This document shows, piece by piece, positions 35,470 through 46,280 of a stretch of DNA of 64,000 nt. The stretch's first letter is position 1. Every line of letters starts with the position of its first letter. The notes beneath the pieces were generated by a model. That model was not told the origin of the DNA. It searched no databases and saw only the letters and a list, made by a program, of their open reading frames with translations. A program made the position numbers and the translations under genes. The DNA comes from Camelus ferus (lineage: Eukaryota), in the NCBI RefSeq assembly GCF_009834535.1, contig NC_045696.1, positions 109,804,001-109,868,000 of the forward strand. Reading direction: 5' to 3'.

Positions 35470-38430
35470 GTTAACATTAGTGGCTGGTGGCAGTCCCTTT
35501 GGGTGCTCATTTCTACCGCAAGGTTACTGGTCCTGGCAAGCGCCATTTTGGAATCCTCCCTCTAGCTTATTAGTATGGGAACCTAACTACACCCACCAGC
35601 CTGTTGGCACCAGTCCTGGGGCCCCGCAAGCAAAGCCCCTAGCTGCATGGGGACACAGCTTTAATCACCAGCAGGCTGGAAATAGCCATAGGTCCCTGAG
35701 GGCTCCAGTGCCCGGGGAGCTGGCCCCACACACACCAGAGAACCCAGGAGCTGGGCCCCCCCTCCAGTGGGCTGATACCCACTCCAGAACCCTGGTACCC
35801 CATAGCCAGAGACCATGGGACCCAGCTCTGCCCACTAGTGGGCCAGCTCTAGCCCTTGACCCAGCCTCGCCCACCAGTGGGTGGGCAACAGCTCTGACAC
35901 ACCTTGGGCCCCTCGGCCAGCAGCCTGAGCCCTGGCCCACCCACCAGTGTGCCAGCACTAGCTCTGGGCCCTGGCCCTATCCACCAGCAGGCTAACACCA
36001 GCTCTGGGACACCTGGACCCACAAGCAACCATCCCAAGACTTGGCTCACTCACCAGCAAGCTGGCATCAGCCCTGGAAGCCTCCCCAGGCCTCCAAAGCC
36101 AGCTGCCCATGAACCAGCCCTACCAGTGGCTGGTGGCCTCTGCACTAGGCAGGACCTGGTAACCAACCAGGCCAGGGGCCAGTCATGCCTACCAGGGTGC
36201 CCACAGTAGTCTGCCCCGCCACCACAGCAGGGCCCAGAAGTTCACATAGCGGGCACCCCAAGAGCATACAGATCTGGTGACCAGAGGGGAGTGTGCTGCT
36301 GGGACGCATAGGACATCTCCTACATAAGGCTACTCCTCCGAGATCAGGGAACATTACTGACCTACTTAATACACAGAAATAAAAACAGCAAATTAGGAAA
36401 AATGAGGAAATAGAGGAATGTATTTCAAATGAAGGAACAAGATAAAAACCCAGAAGAGCTAAATGAAGTGGAAAAACAATCTACCTAGTAAAGAGTTCAG
36501 GGCAGTTATCATAAAAATGCTCCATGAATTCAGAACACAGTGAGAAGTTTAACAAAGAGTTAGAAAATATAAAGAAGACTCAGTAATACGTGGGGAAAAA
36601 AATACACTAGAAGGAATCGACAGATTAGATGAAACAGAGGAACTGATCAGCAAACTTGAAGTCAGAGTAGTGGAAATCACCCAAGCTGAACAACAACAAA
36701 AAAAAGAAGACAATTTAAGAGACCTCTGGGAATCCAATTTTCAAAGGATGAAGTAATGCTGTCACTGTCTGCAGATGACATATCATATAAAGAAAACCCT
36801 AAAGATGCCACCAGAGAAGTGTTAGAACTCATCAGTCAATTCAGCAAAGTTTCAAGATACAAAATTAATTAATATACAGAAATCTATTGCATTTCTCTAC
36901 ACTAACAACTATCAGAAAGAGAAATCCCATCTACAGTTGCACCAAAAAGAATAAAATACCTAGGAATAAGTCTAAGGAGGCGAAAGACATGCACTCACAA
37001 AGCCAAACAACAGGGATGAAGAAACTGATGACACCAACAGATTGAAAGATACATGCTCGTGGATTGAAGAAACTTGTTAAAACGAACATACTCCTCAAGG
37101 CAATCTACAGAGTCAGTGCAATCCCTAACAAAAATTACCAATATTTTTTTACAGAACTGGAACAAATAATTCTAAAATTCGTATGGAAACAAATGATCCC
37201 AAATAGCCAAAACAAATCTTGAGAAAGAACAAACCTGGAGGTAACATGCTCCCTGATTTCAAAGTACACTATCAAGGTAGAGTCATCAAAACAGTATGGG
37301 ACTGGCTCAAAAACAGACACACAGATTAATGGAACAGACTAGAGAGCCCAGAAACAAACCCACACTTATCCTGTCAATTAATCTATGACAAAGGATATGT
37401 GAAGGAAAAAAGACAGCCTCTTTAATAAATGTGGGAAACTGGGCAGCTACATGCAAAGGAATCAAATCGATTACTTTTCACACCATATAAAAAAAACAAA
37501 CTCAAAATGGATTAGACTTAAATACAAGGCCTGAAACCATAGAACTTCTAGAAGAAAAAACATAGGCAGTGGCTCTTTACCTCTGCTCTTAGGAATGAAT
37601 GTATATATATATATTTGATGTCTCCTTAGGCAAGCAAAAGCAAAAATAAACAAATGGGACTACATTGACCTAAAAAGCTTCTGCACAGTGAAGGAAACTA
37701 CCCAACACAATGAAAAGGCCACCAACAGAATGGGAGAAGGTATTTTCAGAAAATAAATCTGATAAGTGGTTAACATTCAACAAAATATACGAAGAACTCA
37801 TACAATTCCTCAGAGAAAAACAAAACAACCTGATTAAAAAAATGGACAGAGGACTCGAAAAGACATTTTCCCAAAGATGAAAGGATTTCCCACATGAAAG
37901 GATGTTCAACATCACTCATCATCAGAGAGATACAAACCTAAACCACAATATCCCCTCACATCTGAGAATGGCTATCATCAAAAAAGACAAGTAACAAGTA
38001 TTGTCAGGGATGTGGAGAAAAGGGAGTCCCCATGCACTGCTGATAAGAATGTAAATTATTGCAGCCATTATGGAAAACAGTATGGAGGTTCCTCAAAAAA
38101 ATTAAAAGTACTACTATCATACAATCCAGCAATTCCACTCCTGGTATTTATCCAAGGAAAACAAAATCATTAATTTGAAAAGTACATGCATCCCTGTGTT
38201 CACTGTGGCATTATTTACAATAGCCAAGACAGGGACACAACTTACACGTCCATCAACAGATGAAGAGAATGCGTTACACATGTACAACAGAATACTACCA
38301 CAAAGTAACAGTCACAGATTCAAACAAACATGTGGCTGCCAGAGGTGGGGGAGTGGGGCTGAGTGAAATAGGTGAGGGAAATTAACAAGCATTTCCAGTT
38401 ACAAAATAAATGAGTCATGGGCATGAAAAA
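35470..38430 (+). mobile_element. L1 with GC-rich repeated 5' UTR, ORF1 start (~36402), large internal deletion (~36740) and ORF2 C-terminal part
   Basis: cccaccag-type short repeats; ORF1-like text joined directly to the YADD-equivalent region (ctgcagatgacat at ~36770). Confidence 0.85.
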
Positions 38431-38543
38431 TATTTACACACATGTATACTTACATTCCAAAATGAATAGTTCAGTTAAAAAACACTTATATCTGACTTCT
38501 GATAATTTCAAAAAAAATTTAACTTCAATCAAATACAACGTTG

Positions 38544-38669
38544 AGAGGACAGGGTATAGCTCAAGTGGTAAGAGTGCATGCTTAGCATGCACAAGGTCCT
38601 GGGTTCAGTCCCCAGTACCGCCTCTAAAAATAAAATAAGTAAACCTAATTACCCTTGGGGGGGGGGGGA
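38544..38669 (+). mobile_element. Vic-1-type SINE
   Basis: gggtatagctcaagtgg...ggttcagtccccagtacc. Confidence 0.85.
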
Positions 38670-39101
38670 CTTTACTTTGTCTAGTTCAGAAATTTAGTAA
38701 CTATAATCCAGACTAAATCCTGAAGTTTAAAATAGCTCTCATTTGAGAAGTTTATAAGCTTCTCAGAGCACAAGGCCTCAAATCTTAAATTACACGGTAG
38801 AGATTGTAGATTGCCCTGCCATGGCTTAAGATAACAAAATTTAATACAGTAATGAAGACAAGAGTACATTCAATGTTTATCTTTGGAAAAGAAGAGTCAT
38901 CACAGCTTCACAGCCACTTTCATTCCAGGTCCGGTTTTTTAACATTAAGAGTTCTCTGCAAACATTTCTCACAAGGAAAGTTCACTCCTGGGATGAGAAT
39001 ATTATCATCCTCTTACAGCCAAGGAGGCAGGACATCAATTCGCCAGGATAAGTTACCAATTAAGAGTAAAAACCACCAGACTCCAAAGTCCATATATTTA
39101 C

Positions 39102-39107
39102 TTTATT
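39102..39107 (-). terminator. CDV3: Probable distal CDV3 poly(A) signal
   Basis: AATAAA on the minus strand, followed by a GT/T-rich element (gtctggtggttttt), at the end of a ~2.2-kb region free of interspersed repeats downstream of the stop codon. Confidence 0.65.
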
Positions 39108-41343
39108 GAATTTGTTAATGTTACAGAGTTCTTGCACTGCCAAACCATGCCTGAGAATTCAAAGAAAGAAATGGTACAATGGACAGCCACACCCACCCAT
39201 CATATAGTATATTAAAACTTGATTCATGTGCATTTTGGTAATTTCAAAATCTTTTAAAAAAAAAGTTATAACAAGGGTTGGGATTTTTAAATCTCCTGCA
39301 GGTCTTCAGATTTTTAGGGCCAGTATGCCATTAAATAACATTTCCACATATTAATCTCAGTTCATTTCTTAATAACATAACCCTCAACAAAATTTTGCTG
39401 GAAAAAACCACATTACTCTTTAGGGGAAATACGTGGCTCAAAGTCCAAGAGATTACTTCAGATTTTTGGTTCTCAAATGAAGTCTTCAGTTTAACCAAGA
39501 ATCCCTTGTTTCTCAGTCATCCAACCTCTCTGGCTGGCTCAGCCACTCACCCAAACCCACCAGAAGGTAGGCATCCTGCCTGCCACCTCAAATAATGCCA
39601 ATATTATTGCCTAGATATGGCTGGCAGGCCCTGTCAGGTGGCACTGTCACCCTCCTAGGAGTGCGCACTGACACTTCTATCAAGACTGAACTCCTAGAGG
39701 AAAATGCTCCCCCATCAGGCTAGTTTTACTCACCCATCTGCTTCACTCTTGCCAGTAGCAAGTCCGCAACTCCCACATTTGGCAAAGGGATTTATTATAG
39801 AGAAACCCAGACTCTGCATCAAGTGGTCACATGCCACTTTGAAAAATTTCTATTGAACCAAAGATACAAAACTAGGAAAATTACCAGACTGTCTCATCAG
39901 ATAGAGAGACTTCTCAGCAATCCTGGGTAGCTTCCTGACGCCCCTTTTCAGGACTAAAAATTACTGGATAGTTTAAGCTGTAATTATTAAAAACAGAAGT
40001 GCTACATCACCTGTCTTCTGCCCCTGACTCTCCAAGTGAACAACATTAAAGACACACCGGAAGGCTGGTAACAAAAAGCTACGCTGGGACAATCACTGCG
40101 TCTACAGACTATCCAATACCTTAACACTGGGGCACAAATACATCTGGAATTCTTGCCAAAGATCCTGCAAGATCCATGAAACTTAAGTGGGTTTGGGGTT
40201 GAGGTTCTGCTCACGTTGCTTTGAATTTGTAAGGACAGGGCAGTGGATCCCTGGGCCTAAGCAGAAACCACTCTTTACTACACAATTTAGTTCAGTAACC
40301 TGCAGCTTACCACACAGTTCAGACCTGGTTAGAGGAGGCTTTAGCAGCACCTGAAGTAGCGCCTCCTGCACCCACTGCCCTTTACACCAGAGGCTGTTTG
40401 GTTCCACCCCAGAGACTGGCAAATTCACGAGACATTTCACAACTCTAATGCGTATTTCAGGTTACTTAACCAAGCAATATGCGCTGTCAAAGAAATTATT
40501 CCAAGTCAAAGCAAAAAAAAAAAAAAAAAAAAAAAAAAAGCCTTAATATAGAACACAGAAAAAGCACTACCAAAATAAAAAATTACTAAAAGAAACAAGA
40601 TTATTCCCCCCACCCCTATACCCACCTTGGGTAGACCGGCGTCTGGTTGAATCTAATCTGTGGTAACCTCAGAATACAACTCAAAGTTTAAATTATAAAT
40701 GACAGCCCTACGCAGATAATCTGAACACATCAGTTCTTTTGAGAGCGGCATGTTCCAGGATTTCTAATATAGCCACAGCCCACTACAGAGTATTCCTTAT
40801 GGATGGGGCACAGGACAGGTTAATTAAGGTCACTTAAAATCTTCATCTTTTACAGCAGATCAGAACCCAGATGGCTGACTTTCTGCAGGATTTCTGATAG
40901 GAATCCAGGAGAGCTGGTTTCAAGTTTCACATCGACACTTAATAGCTGTAACCTTATCCAGAAGTTGTGATCCACATGAAGTCCACAATGAGTGCAGCAA
41001 ATCTGAGGTAGTCAACCCTTACGAAGGCTCAGTATCTGAACATAAAAAGATTTTGAAATGACCACTGGCTGCAGTTTTTGATTTTTTTTGTACTTGCAGA
41101 GTAATTATGAAAGAACACTGCTGAATTTAGTTCACGCATTTATGTAACAACGAAAATCCCCCTAAATCCAATACACACAAAGAACAGTTATGACACTTTA
41201 AACTTCCAAGTGCAACAGGGCCGGTCACGTGTACTGAGTGGTCTGTATCGGTCGTAGGTCCAGCAGAGATCAGACGATGGGTGGCTGTCCGTGGTGGTTA
41301 GCTGTGGTCTAGTTACCTTAGAAGGGTTAGCAAAGACCATTCC

Positions 41344-41494
41344 TTAATTGTACTGTGTGTGGCTGCATTTCTGATTCTCAAGCACAGCGTACTGGTTGTC
41401 TAGCTGCAGTTTAAGGGCCTGGTTTTTTGAAACCTCATCCCTACCTCTAGTTTTGTGTCTTACTACTTCAAAGCTCTTCTCCATTTCTTTATCC
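41344..41494 (-). CDS. CDV3: CDV3 last coding exon (KDKEMEKSFEVVRHKTRGRDEVSKNQALKLQLDNQYAVLENQKCSHTQYN*)
   Basis: ttcccttag acceptor; phase 2 matches exon 4; TAA at 41346-41344. Confidence 0.95.
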
Positions 41495-42242
41495 CTAAGG
41501 GAAAAGAAATGTAATCAGTAAATGTTTCTTTTTCACTGGGTTGTTTTGAAAATATCCTTCCTTGAATTAAAAAAAAAAAAAAAAAAAAAAAGCCACCCCT
41601 TGGAAAAATCTTGACGAAGGGACAGGAGGGGGAAACTGGTGTATAAAATCCTTATCAAAATCAGTTTAAGGCTTCAATTGAACAAAAAATAGAGAATACT
41701 GTACTGAAGCGCTATGGTCCTGTTTTCCTGCGGCAGCAAATCTGCTCGATACTATTAACTGAACACCTATTTTGGGACCAACTTTAAGACAACTGGAAAG
41801 TTAAAAAGCTGTCTAATGACACGGTGGTTCCTTCTAAGACTCACTTTTACTCTTAGAAAATAATAGACAATACATCTATCTCTCTTTATGCGTAAATAAG
41901 GCCAACAAGTTTCTCATTCAAGTAAAGTTTTACTCCTTATTCAGTGACCTCTCCTCACTTCTACTTCATACAAGTGGATCAGACAGAGATGAGTGTGGTG
42001 AAATCACTGCCCCTTATTTTGCAGGGCAGAGGAGCAAGACAAAGTGGAGGTTTAAATCCAGGCCAGCTGTGCTCTCAAAGAGGCAAAAAGGCTGGGAATT
42101 TAATTTAAAAGCCACCCAAAAAGCAGTATTTCCATCTGATGTCATTTACACTTCTTCCCATTTTATTTACTTTTTAAAAAAATGCATGTCCCTAAATAAG
42201 ATGTGGATGTGCCAAATGTGGTCATTTAACTCCGGGTAGCAT

Positions 42243-42258
42243 TCATTTTAAGTACCTG
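42243..42258 (-). CDS. CDV3: CDV3 alternative terminal coding segment (NRYLK* or KYLK*)
   Basis: ttatttcagcag tandem acceptor. AA+C AGG TAC TTA AAA TGA matches the recalled short human isoform ending NRYLK. Confidence 0.75.
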
Positions 42259-42686
42259 CTGAAATAAGATTATTTTTAATATTAGATTTATAAATGCCAA
42301 CATCTTTCATCTACTCACATTAATTGGGAATGCAGTAATACTGCTCTGAATTTTCTAGTTATAATGAACACAGAAGCAGCAATAATACACTCAATATGAA
42401 GAATTCTAACTAGAGGAGACTTGTCACAGCTAGAGACCATACACCAGGGACACGAGAAACTTCTGCAGGTGAAGTCTTTGATGCTCTTTCTCCTTGCCCC
42501 CTCCAGGGCCCTCACCCACTTCCCCCCAGTCCTGCGCAGAAGTCCCACGCTAATCCTCAGCTGCCTCTCAGCTGCAGCCTGGGCTTTACTGTAGCCCCCC
42601 ACAGGGGGGTTTTCAGATCCCTGACACCCCACTCCCTGGTAAAAGGAACAGGGCTCCAAAACAAACACAACACTCAGAGTACTTAC

Positions 42687-42846
42687 TTCCGGCTCTCTAC
42701 ATGCTTGGCAGTGGACTGCAGGGACGGGAACTGTGTGTCGCTGTAGATTTCTGGTGGTCCTTGTGGTGTTTTCCTTGTTGTGGTCAACCTGGCCCCTGGG
42801 GGCCTATACACGCCACTAGTCATTGTCGATTCTGGGGTTTCTGTAA
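42687..42846 (-). CDS. CDV3: CDV3 exon 4 (VTETPESTMTSGVYRPPGARL...TQFPSLQSTAKHVESR)
   Basis: ttgttag acceptor, gtaagt donor. 160 bp, phase 1 to 2. Confidence 0.96.
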
Positions 42847-43562
42847 CTAACAATTTATAATAGTTTATAGAGAAATGATTCAAGTGCTTGGCATTTTAAT
42901 AAGCTACTCCTGAACTCCTGACCATCTAACAATTATGGAAAAAACCAACACTGGCATTAGGGTCTCTGAACAACAGAAGGAAAGTCATCTGAGGAAATGT
43001 CAAAGTGAAAGCCTGTTTTTCGAGGGTAGTCTTCTAATTTCTCCTCCATGTACAATTTTAATTATCCACGTAAAATGAGTTATGTTAAGTCAACTTATTG
43101 GAAGTGGGAAAGAAATCTGCTGGTCCTGGGAGACAGGCCTCTTCGGGGCCTGCCTTTCACAATAGCACCACTTCTACAGCAGTGAGCTGTGAGGTCCTTC
43201 CTCTTTCATTTTCTGGTTAAAAAAAGGGAAAAACATAGCTGAACAGCCCAAAGTCTTGTACCTCAGCCAACATTTTGGGGACAGAGCCTCCCAGCTTCTT
43301 CCTGTAAATCATCCCCCCGCATCCTCAATATGGGTTCAGTGTTTTATATGTATAAATGTTTTCCACTAATCAAAAGCTTCACTGCAAATGAACAGCTATG
43401 TCATTTATTAGCTGAAATGTAATGCGGCTACAAAGAAAAATGAAAAATTTAATATTTACTCCTCCCTAAAATTGATGTATAGTAGTAATCTGCAGTCTCT
43501 GACAGTAATATTTGGGGTGATTTGCTATTCATTATTCTACACAAAATAATGGGTATGCATTA

Positions 43563-43825
43563 CAGCAATATTTCTCAAATTTTTCTCATTATTGCCTAAG
43601 GAGCCTTTTTAGATCTTTTTCCTCAAGAGCACTGCCCCACCTGCCGCACCAAGGCATGTTTATACCAGATACACTGCACATATGTTTACACACTCAGGCC
43701 CTCTGATGCACCACAAACCTTTGTAACGTCTAAGATTTCTTTACCCACCCACACTTCCCCTCACCCCCAAGAACCACTTTTCAGCCCCTGGGAGTGATGA
43801 AATCCACTATTCTGAGAATTCATGC
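43563..43825. mobile_element. hAT-Charlie-like MER element
   Basis: Termini cagcaatatttctcaa ... tgagaattcatgct. Confidence 0.5.
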
Positions 43826-44162
43826 TCCAAGACAGAGTAAAACGGGGAATAGGAGGGAAAAAAGACTAACACAGGTGAAACACAGGGACCCAGTATTCCT
43901 TAGTCAGCTGTCCAAAATTTAAAAAAATGCTTAAACACTGTAAATTTGGCAAGTTAGTTTACATACAGATTTAAGCAGCCTACAGAAAAGTGTGTATCTT
44001 AACTTCCAATTCCTTTATTTAGGATGTGAAAGTCTTACAAATCTCTCCCCCAGGAATGGAAACCTCACTCACCCAGGGCAAGCATGCATTTGGTTGAAAG
44101 CTGATTGTATGTAAAATTATATAGAAACAGACATCTTTATGAAAATCAAGTATTCACATTAC

Positions 44163-44308
44163 CAACTACTGGAGCAGGAGGTGCTGGTACCGCAGCGGTT
44201 TTGTTCCAGGGGCCTGAAGATTTTTCTACACCGCCGCCTCCGCCTCCACCTTCTTCCCAGTTATCACCTGGATCTTCTCTTTTGTCATTTTCATCTTCTT
44301 CCTTTTCA
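44163..44308 (-). CDS. CDV3: CDV3 exon 3 (SEKEEDENDKREDPGDNWEEGGGGGGGVEKSSGPWNK...PAPVV)
   Basis: ttttccaatag acceptor, gtaatg donor. 146 bp, phase 2 to 1. Confidence 0.96.
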
Positions 44309-46069
44309 CTATTGGAAAAGCAAACAAATGAATTCAATTGCAGAAACACCAGGAAAATTGCCAGTCCAAATCCTTAGTTCTATCAATGCCTATCTGTATG
44401 ACCCGGGAGGAGGTACCCCTTTAAGTCCAAATGCCTCACTCGTTTAAAAAAAAAAAGAGAGAAAAAGAGGGAATTTATTTTATGCACTGGGACTTCAACT
44501 TAACTGCATGTGGGACTGGTTGCTGAAAAAAGGTTCAGGAAATTACTTGGTCTAATAGTCTCCATTTCCCTTTTTGCAAACTTCATACACTCAAGAACAT
44601 CTAGAAATATTTAACATACTGACATGCCAGGCTTATAACAATATGCATGATTATTTATAGCAGCCCCTACTGAGGGAGGGGAGAGAGGTCAATTTAACAT
44701 GAAATATAGAGAAACGGGCAACTTGAAGGATTAAAAGTACAATTTTTAGAAAACAGATTTTTCTAGGATCAAACTGTACAAACAGGCATTTATGGTAAGC
44801 ATATTTTTAGTGATCAAATGAATGGTTTTTAAAAATTATATAATTTCATTTGCTAATCCCTTTACTACATGTTACAAAATACTCTCAAGATTAATTCCCA
44901 TTCTAACAGAGGAAAACAATTCAGTGTTGAGTATTTACGTCAGCACTTGGATTTTATTAGTCTCCACTGTTTAGACACAGGGAATACACAGAGCTAGTCT
45001 CTAACATCAGAGATGTGTCACCCATTTAAAGAAGAGATTACAAAAATTCAGTCTTTGTCTTACTAGTCATTAGAAATGCAAAATATTTCCTCAGTGGCAA
45101 TACACCACTCTAAAACTGCCTGCACTGTTCTATTTAATGCCAATTTATTTCTTTATTCTTAAATTGACTTGAGTCAGAAGTCTGTAATCTCTCCAAAAGT
45201 ATCTGGTTATTTCTCCTTGTGCTGGATTACTTATTACTGTTTTACGTAACTTGAATGTTCTAAATTATCGAGCACATACTGCCGGCTTGACAGCACAGAG
45301 TTAAGTGCCAGATCAAACTTCCTTTTTTGCAACTCTTTGCCCTTGCAGATGACGCATCTGGCACAGACCACCAACCTTTTCCCTGGACTAGTTTCCGAGA
45401 CAGCGGTGGTGTTTCCTAGGTCTTCAGCTTATCAACCGCCTTCACCATTCTCACTACCCTTTTCTCTACTAAAAAAACAAAAACATGCTGTTGCCTAAAG
45501 CTCTGTCCCCCGCCTTCCACTCTCAGACGTCTTCTCCTTTTGATATCTGATCCATGATCACGGCAATGACAATGTACATGTGACTCCCGCCCTGACTGTG
45601 ACCTCGGCAACATCAAGGCCTCTCTTGGCTTCTGCAAAATGACATCTAAGGGTGCTTTTCTGTCATTTATTTTAAAACAAGACAAATTCTGGGTATAAGA
45701 CAAATTTCTTGAATAGCAAATGGTCTCCTTTAAAGACACTTAGATAATGGTAGCATCATACACTGCCCAACCACCAGAGGTGGGCCCAGAATTTAGAAGC
45801 CTATGGCGGCAACAAGAAGGGCAGAGGGGAATGAACTTATCTTCAATCTGCATTTATAGTAAGATTTTACTTAAGACTACAGCTGTTTAAAATGACGGGC
45901 CTATACTAACATGGAAGTAAAACTTCTCGTCATATAAACCAACAGTGTACTGAAACAAAATTTATGCACCTAATATAACTAGGAAGACATCCAGAATGAT
46001 TTTTTAAAATGTTAAAATAAGTGGGTGCTAGAAGGCATGACTCTCTTCATCATGCAGGAAGCAGTTATG

Positions 46070-46280
46070 AGCAGATTCTAAAGCCAGACTGCCTGGTTCA
46101 GGACACCCGCTCTGCCATTTACTAGCCGGGGGTTAGAGTCTGGCACCCCGATTTCTGTAGGCCTCTGTCTCCTGTATGTGAGATGGGGATTACAGCCCCG
46201 TTATGAAGTCTGAGTTAATGGCTACAAAGTGCTGAGATCAGTGCCTGGCACACAGTAAGCGCTGTAAGCGTTCGCTATTA
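46070..46280 (+). mobile_element. MIR SINE
   Basis: agccagactgcctggttc...ctctgccatttactagc...cagtgcctggcacacagtaagcgct. Confidence 0.75.

Noticed and set aside
35468..36354. 175-aa and neighbouring Pro-rich ORFs
   Set aside because: They arise from short GC-rich repeats in an L1 5' UTR.
45290..45640. Possible intronic snoRNA or structured RNA in CDV3 intron 2
   Set aside because: I could not establish convincingly spaced C/D or H/ACA boxes with terminal stems by eye. An Rfam/Infernal scan would be needed.
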